Positions 28,994 to 39,497 of a stretch of 64,000 nt of DNA are shown here, one piece after another. The translations under genes were made by a program, and so were the position numbers. This DNA is from an uncultured Gemmatimonadales bacterium (GTDB taxonomy: Bacteria; Gemmatimonadota; Gemmatimonadetes; Gemmatimonadales; Gemmatimonadaceae): assembly GCA_963850905.1 (NCBI GenBank), contig CAWKMU010000003.1, positions 1,600,001-1,664,000 of the forward strand, written 5' to 3'. The notes beneath the pieces were generated by a model, which saw only the letters and a program-made list of their open reading frames with translations, was not told the origin of the DNA and searched no databases. The stretch's first letter is position 1; every line of letters starts with the position of its first letter.

Positions 28994-30418
28994 TTAGCGG
29001 TGCTGCAACGCGCGCGCGATACTCGGGTTCATGCGGCCCACGCGCGTTCCCATACGGCCGCGGTGCGAGTTCCGCGGATGGGCGTCGCGCACACGAGCCG
29101 CCGACGGAGCGGCGAAGGTCGCCCCCGGGTCGAAGACAATCTGCGCCGGATAGAACTGGTTGGACGGGCCAGTGATCATCACCGCGGGGCTCGGGGATCC
29201 GGTGGCGGCCAGTTGGGAGCTGGTGAACGCGTAAATGGCGCCATTGGCGAAGCCGATCTCGTCGCCCACCCACAGCGAGCCGCTGTTGTCGAAGGCGAGA
29301 CCTGCGGGCTCGGCGCCGGACGGCGCGGTGATCGTCACCTGGGGAACGGGCCCCCCATTCGAGGCAGCTTGCGCCGGGGTGTACTCGACGATTGTCCCGC
29401 CGCTGACGTTTGCGACCCACAAGTTTCCCTGTGCGTCGAAGGCCAAGCCGCTCGGACCGTTGATCGAATTGTTGTTCGCGCCAATTGTGTCGGCTGGCAC
29501 CGGGGCGCACTGGGCTGGTGGCGGGGTGCAGCCGGGGCCCGTTCCAGTCAACTGCGCAGCAGTGTATTCCAGGATGTGTTGGTTACCGTTGTCGGCGACC
29601 CACATGTTGCCGTTCACGTCGAAGGCCAGCGTGTACGCGGCCTGCAATTCAGACCCGCTGAGTTGGATCGTGGGAGTCTGCCCTCCGCCGGCGGCCAGCT
29701 GCGTAGGCGTAAACTCGAAAAGGAAGCCGTCGCCGTCGGCGACCCACAGGTCCCCATGTGCGTCGAAGGCGATGTTGTTGGCCGCCTGCATCACGGTGCT
29801 CCACAGCTTCCCGGATGGCAGGGTACTGTCGGCGTTGCGGGCGGCCGCTGTGAACATGAACAGCGTGTCGCTATTGAAATCCGATTCCCACAGATTGCCG
29901 TGCGAATCCAACGCGAGCCCGGCCGGCCCGCTGGCTCCCTGGGCGGCCAGAGCCTCAGCCGGCGTCGGTGTGCCACTGGTCCGCAGCTGCGCAGACGCAT
30001 ACTCGGGAAGCACCGAGTCCGCGTTGTTCGCGACCCACATGCCGCCCGTCCGCGTCGCCAGCGAGTATGTGACGCTCACTTTGATCGTATCACCCGTTTG
30101 GAGCGCTGCGGGACTTCCCGTGATGCCGACGGTGTCGACTAGCGTCCCGACGATTAAATCGGGATGCACGACCGAGTCCGCCGCGACGTTGTAGTCGCCG
30201 ATCGCCAGGTTCGTGAGGGTCTGTGAGCTCGTGATCGTCTTGGCGTACAGATTGGGACCGGTAACGGTGACCGACGGGGTAATTCCATCCGCTGGCGTCA
30301 CCGTGACCACCATCGTCCCGGTCAGCGCGGGGCTGGAGCGCTTCTCCGCGTTGCACCCGACAATCGCCGGGGCGGCGAGCGCGAGGCCCAATTGGAGGGA
30401 GCGGCTGTGACGCAGCAT
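28994..30418 (-). CDS. NHL-repeat (beta-propeller) lipoprotein
   Basis: Lipobox IVGC; repeats GPAGLALDSHGNLW, NIAFDAHGDLWVAD, TLAFDVNGNMWVAD, GPSGLAFDAQGNLWVAN, EPAGLAFDNSGSLWVGD. Confidence 0.85.
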   Translation of the reverse strand: MLRHSRSLQLGLALAAPAIVGCNAEKRSSPALTGTMVVTVTPADGITPSVTVTGPNLYAKTITSSQTLTNLAIGDYNVAADSVVHPDLIVGTLVDTVGITGSPAALQTGDTIKVSVTYSLATRTGGMWVANNADSVLPEYASAQLRTSGTPTPAEALAAQGASGPAGLALDSHGNLWESDFNSDTLFMFTAAARNADSTLPSGKLWSTVMQAANNIAFDAHGDLWVADGDGFLFEFTPTQLAAGGGQTPTIQLSGSELQAAYTLAFDVNGNMWVADNGNQHILEYTAAQLTGTGPGCTPPPAQCAPVPADTIGANNNSINGPSGLAFDAQGNLWVANVSGGTIVEYTPAQAASNGGPVPQVTITAPSGAEPAGLAFDNSGSLWVGDEIGFANGAIYAFTSSQLAATGSPSPAVMITGPSNQFYPAQIVFDPGATFAAPSAARVRDAHPRNSHRGRMGTRVGRMNPSIARALQHR

Positions 30419-30621
30419 GGCAGTCCTGTTGGAGATGGGTCCTGACCTGGGATCCGGCCGTGACGAATCGTCGATCCGCCTACGGCCCGGGATCCTGGGC
30501 CTTCCTGGCGACGCGTGAGTCCCCCCTACGGGCAAGACACGGGTGCGCCGACGTCATTCTGACTGACCACCGAAGGGGCCGGTCACGGCTCGCCGAGATT
30601 GGTGACTCCGAATAGGGTGGC

Positions 30622-31032
30622 TCACGCCGAGTGTTGGGGGGCCGACAAGCGCTGAACGGTGATCGCGTGGTCGTGCCACCACAGCTTGAAGGCGCTAAAG
30701 TGTTCGTCGCAGAGCGGTTGGTCGGCGACCGTGCTCCCATCCTTTCGCGTGGCGCGCGCGGCGACCGTGGCGACCTGGCCGCAGGTCGCGCTCCCAGGTA
30801 CCGCCCACTTGCACTCGCGCTGAACCGGCTTCTTCGCATCAGCTGCGGCCCCTCCGCGGTCGGCCACGGCGATAGCGCGCGCGAAGCAGTCCCGGCAGAG
30901 GATCATCGTCCCGAGCGAGCGCTCGCCGACGAGCCGCAGCTTCACCCCGTGCGGCTTGGCCTCGATCGACCGCCCGCACTCCTGGCAATTGCCCGCACGT
31001 ACGGCGGTTACATGGAAAGGAGGCTGCGTCAT
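30622..31032 (-). CDS. Small Cys-rich hypothetical protein, possible double zinc finger
   Basis: CQECG...LCRDCF and ECKW...TCG...LCDEH. Confidence 0.55.
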   Translation of the reverse strand: MTQPPFHVTAVRAGNCQECGRSIEAKPHGVKLRLVGERSLGTMILCRDCFARAIAVADRGGAAADAKKPVQRECKWAVPGSATCGQVATVAARATRKDGSTVADQPLCDEHFSAFKLWWHDHAITVQRLSAPQHSA

Positions 31033-31225
31033 CGGGTGTCGATGTGGACAAAACGACCAAAGTCCGGACGACCAATGATTTAGACGAGCGAAACGGCGCC
31101 CGGTTTCGCTCGGCGCCGGTCATTGTTATCCCGCGCGGCCCCCTCTCGTCCCGTAGGGCAGCACCCCCCGCGGGCCCGGCGCCCACCGTCCACACCGTCC
31201 GACACCCCTCTCTACCCGAACTGCA

Positions 31226-31915
31226 GTGTCGTCGACTCCACCCGCTCCGTTGGCGCCGATCGCAGGCCCCCCCGCCGGCCGCCAGAGGTCGTGGTTCCTC
31301 GTCGCGCTGGCGCTAGCGGTGCTGGCCGGGTTCGTACTCTGGTCTCGCCGTTCGGCGGTCGACCCACACGTTGTCGGACGGTGGGATCGCGACATGAGCA
31401 ACCAGTCGGGGCTATGGCGGGGCCGATTCGTCATCCGGAGCGACAACACCTATCAGCTCGAGACGGTCGTAAAGGACTACGGACGCCTGATCGCAGGTGG
31501 TGGTCAGTTCCGCATGATCTCGAGCACGCACACGAGCGCGGCCGGCACGTATCGCGCGGTGGACGCGGAGTCCCTCGAGGTGACGAGCGCCGTCGGCAAG
31601 GTGATTTGGAAGCGTCAGGGCAACGCGCCGGTCGCATCGAGCGGCAGGCCGATGCTCGGTGCGTGGGAGGCATTGCCGGTGATCGGCGGGATCACGTGGC
31701 ACCAAACCATCAGCGCGACACCCGACAGCGCCTACACACTCATTTCAGTGACCGGCGATAGCGGACGCATCGTCGCGTCGGGGGATCGCTGGCACATGAC
31801 GTCTCACGCGGGACGCGAGAGCGACGGGACGTACCTGGCGACGCCAGAACAACTCACGTTCGTCGCGCCGGAGGGGCGATCCGTGTGGCGGCGGGACAGC
31901 GCCCGGATGAAGTAA
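31226..31915 (+). CDS. Membrane-anchored hypothetical protein with a duplicated beta-rich domain
   Basis: N-terminal TM helix; two similar units GxW...W...Y.L...D.GR....G...M.S...GTY...WxR. Confidence 0.7.
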   Translation: MSSTPPAPLAPIAGPPAGRQRSWFLVALALAVLAGFVLWSRRSAVDPHVVGRWDRDMSNQSGLWRGRFVIRSDNTYQLETVVKDYGRLIAGGGQFRMISSTHTSAAGTYRAVDAESLEVTSAVGKVIWKRQGNAPVASSGRPMLGAWEALPVIGGITWHQTISATPDSAYTLISVTGDSGRIVASGDRWHMTSHAGRESDGTYLATPEQLTFVAPEGRSVWRRDSARMK

Positions 31916-32025
31916 AGCGACCTGAGCATCGGCGCCGGGGCTGGACGTCACGAATCCAGGCCGTAGAATCCTCGAAGCAGTCTCGCGACCGGATCCGTTT
32001 CGTCCAATCATTTGGTTGGTTGTCC

Positions 32026-32223
32026 ATGCATCCGACGTACACGGTGTTCGTGTTGGCGCTGATGCTTCTCACGGGCGGGCTCGTCCTCTGGATCGAGCAT
32101 CGGAGACGTGACCGTCCGTGCGCAATCTGCGACCAACCCGCCGGCCACCGCTGCCGCGGCATGTGGGTGTGCGCGCACCACCGGCGCATCATCCAGCAGA
32201 TCCATCGCCAGCGCTCGAGCTGA
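32026..32223 (+). CDS. Small membrane protein with a Cys/His cluster
   Basis: TM helix followed by CAICDQPAGHRCRGMWVCAHH. Confidence 0.5.
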   Translation: MHPTYTVFVLALMLLTGGLVLWIEHRRRDRPCAICDQPAGHRCRGMWVCAHHRRIIQQIHRQRSS

Positions 32224-32320
32224 GTCTACCCGCGGCCACGAATTCCAGCGCATCTTTTCTGTAGCCCTACCTGGCGACAGCGAGTGATTGTTCTCCTCGA
32301 ACCGACGACGAGGAGATCGA

Positions 32321-33439
32321 ATGGGAGCGATGGCGATGCAGCGAGCGGCGCAGATGGGGACGGTTGTGGCGCCGGCGCGATTGACTGGCGATGCGGCCTG
32401 GACTGCCGTCCTGGGCCGCGACCGGAGTTGGGACGGGCAGTTCGTGTATGCCGTCCGAACCACGGGCGTGTACTGCCGACCGAGTTGTCCTTCGCGGCGG
32501 CCAAGGCGAATGAACGTAGCATTCTTCGCGACGCCCGCTGAGGCGGAGCATTCAGGCTACCGACCCTGTCGGCGGTGTCGCCCGCATGCGGCGACCGGCA
32601 CTCCGACCGAGCGCAGCGTCGCGGCGGCGCGCGAATATCTCGACGGTCATGGCGATGGGCCGGTCACGTTGCGACAACTGGCGCGCGAGGTCGGACTGAG
32701 TCCGTCGTATCTGCAACGAGTGTTCACTCGGTTGACCGGCGTGTCGCCGAAGACCTACGCGGACGCATCGCGACGCGAGCGGCTGAAAGCGCGGCTCAGA
32801 ACGGGCGACTCCGTGACGCGTGCCACCTACGCGGCGGGTTTTCGGTCGACGAGCGCGCTCTATCGACAACGCCACTCCGCGCTGGGTGTGCCCCCTGGCG
32901 CGTACCGGCGCGGCGGCGAAGACCTGGCGATCACGTTCGGGATCGTCACCAGCTCGCTCGGACGCGTCCTGGTGGCCCAGACGGCGCGCGGCGTCTGCGC
33001 CGTAACGCTGGGTTCGAGCGAGCACGAGCTGGAGCAGGGGCTTGCAAAGGAGTTCCCGGCGGCGGCCCGCGTACGCGACGACGGCGCCGTGGCGTCGTGG
33101 GCAGGCGCGGTCGTTGCCGCGATCGATGGACAGGGTCAACATCCCGCCATACCACTGGATCTACAGGGCACGGCGTTTCAGATGCGGGTGTGGCGCGCGT
33201 TGCAGCAGATACCGCCCGGGGAGACGCGGTCGTACACAGAGGTCGCTGCCGCAATCGGACAACCGACAGCCGCGCGGGCCGTCGCGCGTGCGTGTGCGAC
33301 GAACCGCGTCGCCGTGATTGTGCCATGCCACCGGGTGATTGCCGCCGACGGTAGCGCAGCGGGCTACCGCTGGGGTGTGGAACGCAAGCGCCGCCTGCTC
33401 CGCCACGAGCGAAAGGTCGGCGAGCGATCGACAGACTAG
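32321..33439 (+). CDS. ada: Bifunctional Ada regulator / O6-methylguanine-DNA methyltransferase
   Basis: TTGVYCRPSCP, GYRPCRRC, AraC HTH, GTAFQMRVW, PCHRV active site; AGGAG RBS. Confidence 0.96.
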   Translation: MGAMAMQRAAQMGTVVAPARLTGDAAWTAVLGRDRSWDGQFVYAVRTTGVYCRPSCPSRRPRRMNVAFFATPAEAEHSGYRPCRRCRPHAATGTPTERSVAAAREYLDGHGDGPVTLRQLAREVGLSPSYLQRVFTRLTGVSPKTYADASRRERLKARLRTGDSVTRATYAAGFRSTSALYRQRHSALGVPPGAYRRGGEDLAITFGIVTSSLGRVLVAQTARGVCAVTLGSSEHELEQGLAKEFPAAARVRDDGAVASWAGAVVAAIDGQGQHPAIPLDLQGTAFQMRVWRALQQIPPGETRSYTEVAAAIGQPTAARAVARACATNRVAVIVPCHRVIAADGSAAGYRWGVERKRRLLRHERKVGERSTD

Positions 33440-33597
33440 GAGAACCGAGGGGGTTACGGGTCGGTAGAGGGCCCTAACCCCTGCAGTTGTCCGCGCCGGT
33501 GCGGCCTTTCAGCTTTCTAAGCTTCTTGGCCGCCACCGGTGCCTAGTCAGTCAGGCGCGGCGCGGCAGGTGCTAACAGTCGATGGAGGTTGTTGGAC

Positions 33598-35022
33598 ATG
33601 CAGTCGCGCGCTGCCACCTGGGTGAAGGCGCTGTGCGCCTTGGCCGTGCTGGCCGCTTTTTCATCGGTCGGTCATGCCCAGGCCGCGCCATCGGGTCAAC
33701 CAGGGCAGTCGCCGCCGGGCATTATCGCGGGTGTCAAGATGGGCGGGAGCGCCAACATCCACCTGCTGGGCCACCTGCCCCTGGGCGGGTACTTTCGGGT
33801 CACGGACGATGCGCTCGAGCAGGATCCGACGCGGCCATACGCGTACGTGTCGCAGGCGCGCGATCGCCCCGGATTCACGATCATCGACCTGCACGACCTC
33901 AATAACATCCGCGTGCTGTACACGTGGCGCATCGAGAACCCGGAGCAGCATACAGGATTTGGCGGCACCAACGGCAAGTACTTCAAGTCGCACGGACGCT
34001 ACTACTACATCCAATCGCTACAATTCGAGCCGGGAACACTCGACGGGAACCTCGGGGCGGTCGTTGCTGACGTGACTGGGCTCCCGGATACGAGCAAGAT
34101 CAGGATCGTGGCGCGGATCGCCGATGCCACGGCACCGGGTGGGTTCCACAGCGTGTTTGCCTACAAGCATTCCGATGGCCGCAATCTGCTCATCGCGACC
34201 GTCAACGCGGCGCACGCCAACGTCTACGACTTGGACAAGGTTCTCGCCGGCGACCCCGCCCAGGGAAAGATTGGAGAGATTCCGATCCCGAGCAGCGGTG
34301 ACCTGTCGCGGCCCGGGATCTTCGGATACGACAACTTCTATGTGGCCTACGACCCCATGACTCATCAGGACAAGTTGTATGGGTCCGGGCGCGGCGGATA
34401 CTACGTCTACGACATCTCGAACGTCGGCCAGCCAAAGCTCCTGACCTCGATCACCGGCGTCGCGGGCGTGGAGTATGGTCACGCCTTCACGCCGACACCT
34501 GACGGCAGGTACGCCGTCACAGAGACGGAGTATCAATACGCGCCGCTGCGCATTTTCGACCTCCAGCCCGGTCTCGCGGGGAAGGTGCAAGCCATCACGC
34601 AACCCATCGGGGCGTGGACCGCCGACTGGCACGACCTCTCACACAACCATGAGGTCCGTTGGCCATTCGTGTTCGTTTCGGCGTACGAGGACGGGCTGCA
34701 GGTGTTCAGCATGTATGATCCTGCCGATCCGACAACGGTCGGCTGGTACTACACGTGTCAGTGCGCGCACCAGCACGGATTCGGCGGACCGCCGCAATGG
34801 GAAGGCACGAGCGTCATGCAGGGGGCCTACGGCATCGACATCCGCAATCGCGACGGTCTCATCATGATCAGCGATTCCAACACCGGCGTCTGGTTCTTCC
34901 GCATGGAAGGGTTCAATGGGTGGAATGGCCACGATTGGGGCGTGCCGAACGTCTCGAGTGTACAGGACTGGGACCACGGCCCCGAAGGTGCGCAGACCAA
35001 GGCGGCGCACATCACGGCGTGA
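33598..35022 (+). CDS. Exported LVIVD-like/beta-propeller hypothetical protein
   Basis: Signal peptide ending AQA; repeated YVS..GFTIIDL, YYVYDISNVGQP, SAYEDGLQVF..DPADP, ISDSNTGVW strands. Confidence 0.78.
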   Translation: MQSRAATWVKALCALAVLAAFSSVGHAQAAPSGQPGQSPPGIIAGVKMGGSANIHLLGHLPLGGYFRVTDDALEQDPTRPYAYVSQARDRPGFTIIDLHDLNNIRVLYTWRIENPEQHTGFGGTNGKYFKSHGRYYYIQSLQFEPGTLDGNLGAVVADVTGLPDTSKIRIVARIADATAPGGFHSVFAYKHSDGRNLLIATVNAAHANVYDLDKVLAGDPAQGKIGEIPIPSSGDLSRPGIFGYDNFYVAYDPMTHQDKLYGSGRGGYYVYDISNVGQPKLLTSITGVAGVEYGHAFTPTPDGRYAVTETEYQYAPLRIFDLQPGLAGKVQAITQPIGAWTADWHDLSHNHEVRWPFVFVSAYEDGLQVFSMYDPADPTTVGWYYTCQCAHQHGFGGPPQWEGTSVMQGAYGIDIRNRDGLIMISDSNTGVWFFRMEGFNGWNGHDWGVPNVSSVQDWDHGPEGAQTKAAHITA

Positions 35023-35077
35023 GGGGAAACTGCAGGGACAGGGGTCAGGGGAACAACAAACGCGACCGGCGAGAATT

Positions 35078-35214
35078 GGGCGGGCTGAAGCCCGCCCCTA
35101 CATGTTGCTGCGGGCGGTGGCAGATGAGGATTCGTCCACTCGGCTGCAAGGTTCGTAGAGCACTTCGGAGCCTCACCGGCATTCCGACATGTAGGGGCGG
35201 CCTTCAGGCCGCCC
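35078..35214. repeat. REP-doublet element B2 (inverted relative to B1/B3)
   Basis: GGGCGGGCTGAAGCCCGCCCCTAC-ATGTTGCTGC ... CCGACAT-GTAGGGGCGGCCTTCAGGCCGCCC; left CAGGGAC/CAGGGGT heptamer-like arm. Confidence 0.85.
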
Positions 35215-35233
35215 ACGTTTTCCGCCGGCCCAA

Positions 35234-36418
35234 TTAGCCGTTGTCGGTCCCTAACGGCCGAAGTTCCGCTTCCCATGCTACCAGCCCACCGGCCAGATTG
35301 CGCGCGCGTACGAAGCCGGCCTGGTGCAACATGTCCACGGCGCGCGCGCTGCGGCTGCCGACTTTGCACATGACAATGATCTCACGTGCTGGGTCGAGCG
35401 TGGACAGCGCAGCCGGCAGGGTGCCCAGCGGGATGAGCCGCGCCCCTCCAATCCGTGACATCTCGTACTCCCACGGCTCGCGCACGTCGATCAGATCGAA
35501 GTCGTCGCCTCGCGTCCGTTTCTCCGCCAGTTCTTCCGGCGTGATCTCGCTAGCGTGTGTCCTCGACCCGGGCGTGGCGAGTGGGGCATGGGCCAGCCCG
35601 CAAAACGCCTCGTAGTCGATCAGCGTCTGCAACTCGTGCGTCCCGCAGGCGGGGCACAACGGATCCCGGCGTAGCTGCACAGTGCGAAAATCGAGACGCC
35701 TCGCGTCGACCAGTAGCAGACGGCCGATGAGCGGCTCACCGATCTGCAACACGATCTTGATTGCCTCGGTCGCCTGAATGGTGCCGACCAATCCCGGGAG
35801 CACGCCCAAGACGCCAGCCTCGGCGCAGCTCGGGACGAGGCCGGGCGGCGGTGGTTCCCGGAACAGGCAGCGGTAGCAGGGCCCCTGTTCGGTGGCAAAC
35901 ACCGAGGCTTGGCCCTCGAAGCGAAACACGCTGCCGTAGACATTGGGTCGCCCGGTCAGGACGCAGGCATCGTTGACGAGATACCGCGTGGGGAAGTTGT
36001 CGCTTCCGTCGACGACCAGGTCGAACTCGCGGATGATGTCGAGCGCGTTGGCCGAGGTCAGCAAGGTGTCGAACCGCTCGACCTGCACGTGCGGGTTGAG
36101 CTCCGCGATCCGAGCGGCGGCGGATTCCACCTTTGAGCGTCCCACATCCGACGTCCTGTGCAGGATCTGTCGCTGGAGGTTCGTCACATCGACCACATCG
36201 GCGTCGACCACGCCGAGCGTGCCCACCCCGGCGGCGGCGAGGTACAGGGCGGCGGGCGAGCCCAGCCCGCCGGCGCCGACTAGCAGGATGCGCGCCCGCT
36301 TGAGGCGTCGTTGCCCCTCGGGCCCGACATCATCGAGGAGCAGATGCCGGCTGTACCGGTGCAGCTCATCCCGGCCAAGCGCGGGCAGCTCGCGCACGAC
36401 GTCGTGGGCGGCCGCCAT
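35234..36418 (-). CDS. moeB: MoeB/MoeZ E1-like adenylyltransferase with C-terminal rhodanese domain
   Basis: RYSRHLLL, VGAGGLGSP, NLQRQILH, DGSDNFPTRY, CYRCLF, SCAEAGVLG, IDVREPWE, CKVGSRS. Confidence 0.95.
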   Translation of the reverse strand: MAAAHDVVRELPALGRDELHRYSRHLLLDDVGPEGQRRLKRARILLVGAGGLGSPAALYLAAAGVGTLGVVDADVVDVTNLQRQILHRTSDVGRSKVESAAARIAELNPHVQVERFDTLLTSANALDIIREFDLVVDGSDNFPTRYLVNDACVLTGRPNVYGSVFRFEGQASVFATEQGPCYRCLFREPPPPGLVPSCAEAGVLGVLPGLVGTIQATEAIKIVLQIGEPLIGRLLLVDARRLDFRTVQLRRDPLCPACGTHELQTLIDYEAFCGLAHAPLATPGSRTHASEITPEELAEKRTRGDDFDLIDVREPWEYEMSRIGGARLIPLGTLPAALSTLDPAREIIVMCKVGSRSARAVDMLHQAGFVRARNLAGGLVAWEAELRPLGTDNG

Positions 36419-37699
36419 TCAACTCACCTTGCGCGTCTTCTTCCGCAAGAAATCCATGAGGATGAACTGGCCAAGCGTCATCGTGTTGGTGAAGTACGCC
36501 TTGCCGCGCGAGATCTCGGCGACCCGTTTCACGAACTCGACCAGTGCGCGATCGCGAGCGAGCATGAACGTATTGATCATGATTCCCGCTTTGCGACACA
36601 GGGCCACCTCGCGGAGCGTCTGCGCGATCACCGTCGCGTCGAGCCCCATCGAATTCTTGTAGACCTGGCCGTTGGGCATCGTGAGCGCACTGGGCTTGCC
36701 GTCGGTGATCATGACGATTTGCCGCATGTCCTTCTTCTGCGACAGCAGAATGCGGCGGGCCAGCTTGAAGCCCTCGGCTGTGTTCGTGTGGTATGGGCCC
36801 ACTTGAGCGTGCGCGAGCCGCGCGAGCGGGATCTCTTCCGCGGAGTCATGGAACAGGATGACGCGAATCGAGTCGCCCGGAAACTGCGTTCGGATGAGGT
36901 GCGTCAGCGCCAACGCCACCTTCTTGGCGGGCGTAAACCGGTCTTCGCCGTACAGAATCATCGAGTGGGATGTATCGAGCATCAGCACGGTCGCACACGA
37001 GGACCGATACTCGGCTTGTCGCACCATCAGGTCGCTGTAGTCCAGATCCAGCGGCACGCCGATGTGCCCGGTGCGTGCCAGGGCAGACTTGAGCGTCTCG
37101 CTGACATCCAGATTGAGCGTGTCACCGAACTCATAGGGCTTGCTGAATCCATCGGCCTCGATGCCCGTGGCGAGATCCGGCGTGTCGTGGTTGCCGAAGC
37201 TGGATTTACCCAGCGATCCGAGGATGTGGCGGAGTGTGCGGTAGCCGAGGAAGTCGATTCCTTTCTCGGTCAAGTTGAATTGCACGTCCTTGGATGCGGC
37301 ATGCGCGATGCTCCCCGGACCGACCACCGGCTGCTGGCCGCTGGGCATTTGGGGAGGCGCCTGCACATTGAGATAGCCCTCGGATGCGAGTCGCTGAATC
37401 AGGTCGTCGAGGAGCTGCGCCAGTTTGGCCTGGGCGACCTCGTCCCCCTCGCCCCGCAGCGCCTCGAGCATCTCCGGCGTGAACTGTCCACTCTCGATGA
37501 GCGCGTTGAGGATCGCCTCGCGCAGCGCGTCGAGCGAGCGGTCCTCGTCGCCACCGAAGTCGCCCCAGTACGGATTGTGATGCTGGCCGCCGGCGAAACC
37601 GGACTGCAGCAGGAAATCCGCGAGCTTGTCCAGCAACGACTGCAGGTCGACGGCGTCGGCGGACTCGGGGCTGAAGCGCGCGTACGTGTGAAATCGCAT
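36419..37699 (-). CDS. VWA (MIDAS) domain protein, partner type of chelatase-like AAA+ ATPases
   Basis: LDTSHSM (DxSxS), [15 protein letters not shown]. Confidence 0.9.
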   Translation of the reverse strand: MRFHTYARFSPESADAVDLQSLLDKLADFLLQSGFAGGQHHNPYWGDFGGDEDRSLDALREAILNALIESGQFTPEMLEALRGEGDEVAQAKLAQLLDDLIQRLASEGYLNVQAPPQMPSGQQPVVGPGSIAHAASKDVQFNLTEKGIDFLGYRTLRHILGSLGKSSFGNHDTPDLATGIEADGFSKPYEFGDTLNLDVSETLKSALARTGHIGVPLDLDYSDLMVRQAEYRSSCATVLMLDTSHSMILYGEDRFTPAKKVALALTHLIRTQFPGDSIRVILFHDSAEEIPLARLAHAQVGPYHTNTAEGFKLARRILLSQKKDMRQIVMITDGKPSALTMPNGQVYKNSMGLDATVIAQTLREVALCRKAGIMINTFMLARDRALVEFVKRVAEISRGKAYFTNTMTLGQFILMDFLRKKTRKVS

Positions 37700-37889
37700 C
37701 ACGGCACGGGGCGGGGGATTGGCGGGTCGGTGGTCGGGACCCGACTGGCCGGGTACGTGCTCGACTGCGAAATATAGGCCGCGGTTCTGGCGTGGGTATT
37801 GGCCGCGCGGTGCGACGCGCGGACGTTGCCGGACCACGCCGCCGCGCGTCCAGCCAACGTGGCGGTGGAAAGGCGGCCGTGGGGATGAC

Positions 37890-39260
37890 GTGACGAGCGC
37901 CGTACCGAAGCGGAGCGACATTAGCTTTGACGAGCTTGAGCGCGCGGCGGTGACCGGGTCAGTCGCCGCGCGCCCCTTGGCCCGCCCCGCTGCCCGGCCC
38001 ACGCACCGTCGTCGCCTGACCGCCGCCGATCGCCGCTCGCTCAACCCGTTCCGGACGCTCATTCGACACCGGAACTTCCGGTTGTTCTGGACCGGGCAGA
38101 CGCTGTCGCTCATCGGCACGTGGATGCAGTCGATGGCGCAGGGGTGGCTCGCGCTGGAGCTCTCCAACAGCGCGTTCCTCGTCGGGCTCGTCGCGTCCAT
38201 CGGGTCGATGCCGATTCTACTGCTGTCGCTGCCGGCCGGGCTCCTCGCTGATCGCATGCCCAAGCTTCGCCTCGTCGCCATCATGCAGACGCTGATGCTG
38301 GTCGAGGCCACGGCCCTCTGGGCGATGACCTGGACGCATCACATCACGATCGGGTGGCTGCTCGTGCTTGCGGCCATCAACGGGACTGCATCCGCGTTCG
38401 AGATCCCGGCTCGGCAGGCCATGATGGTGGAGCTCGTCGGACGCGAAGATCTGCACGACGCCATCGCGCTGAATTCCAGTGGCTTCAATCTGGCGCGAGT
38501 CGTCGGGCCGGCGGCCGGAGCCGCTGTCATCGCGACCGCTGGCATCGCCTGGTGCTTCGCGCTCAACGCGGCGAGCTATCTCGCGGTGTTGCTCGGGCTC
38601 GCACTGATTCGGATGCCGCCCGAGCTGGTCCGCAGAGTCGACAGCACCCCATCGATCGTGGCGGGGATGCTCGACGGGCTGCGGTACATGCGCGCGACAC
38701 CCGAGGTCAACGCGCTCATGCATGTCGTGACGGTGTTTTCCGTCTTCGGGATCCCATATATCGTGCTCATGCCGGTCGTCGCGCGGGATCTGCTGCATAC
38801 GGGAGCGGGTGGCTATGGGGTGCTGCTCGCCTGCGTCGGCGTCGGCGGGCTCTGCGGCGCACTGTTTCTCGCATCGGTCGGCCGGCGCCTGCGCCGCGGC
38901 CGGCTCCTGCAGCCGTCGTGCTATGCCTACGGCGTCCTGCTCGTCGATGTTTGCGGCTGTCCCGATCCGTCGTGCTCGGGTGCGTCCTGCTCTTTGGGAC
39001 GGGTTTCGCAATGATCGTCAATGGCGCACTGGCGAACGGGCTGCTGCAAGGCATCGTGCCCGACGCTCTCCGCGGTCGATCTGATGGCGGCCTACTCGTT
39101 CGTGGTCGTCGGGCTCTCGCAGGTCGTCGGCGCATTTCTCGCCGGCTCCGCGGCCAACGCGGTTGGCGTCGACTGGACGATCGCCGGCGGCGCCGTAGTG
39201 GTGCTTGCGTACACCCGCTGGGCGTACGGGGAATGGCCTGAGCTGCGGAGGATGCGGTGA
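37890..39260 (+). CDS. MFS transporter with three +1 frameshifts at about 38945, 38956 and 39079 (probable sequencing errors)
   Basis: RHRNFRLFWTGQTLSLIGTWMQ, GLLADR, PARQA, AIALNS; C-terminal VPDALRGR..MAAY continues through shifted frames. Confidence 0.85.
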
Positions 39261-39312
39261 GGGCAGAAGGCTGGGACTCGGGATTCGGGAACAACACCCC
39301 CGACGAAAAAAT

Positions 39313-39454
39313 GGGCGGGCTAAAGCCCGCCCCTACATGTCGGTGTCGACGGTGACGCTACGGAGCGCTGCGGCGACGATTGCCGCTGTCCGTCGACAAA
39401 ATCCGGATTCGACGCCGCCCGCAGCAACATGTAGGGGCGGGCTTTAGCCCGCCC
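39313..39454. repeat. REP-doublet element B3
   Basis: GGGCGGGCTAAAGCCCGCCCCTAC-ATGTCGG ... GCAGCAACAT-GTAGGGGCGGGCTTTAGCCCGCCC; heptamer-like flanks at about 39271-39290 and 39480-39517. Confidence 0.88.
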
Positions 39455-39497
39455 AGTGTTTGCAGTGGACGTTGTAGTGACCGTTACCCGTTACCCG

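Noticed and set aside
27650..33439. dinB plus ada as an SOS or imuABC mutagenesis cassette
   Set aside because: No imuA, dnaE2 or lexA and no recognisable SOS box; unrelated genes intervene.
36311..37777. Long antisense or alternate-frame ORFs (e.g. 36311..37777+, 46535..48004+, 28985..30142+, 13861..15516+, 57022..58197-)
   Set aside because: Shadow ORFs of clear genes, expected in high-GC DNA; Arg/Pro/Ala-rich with no motifs.
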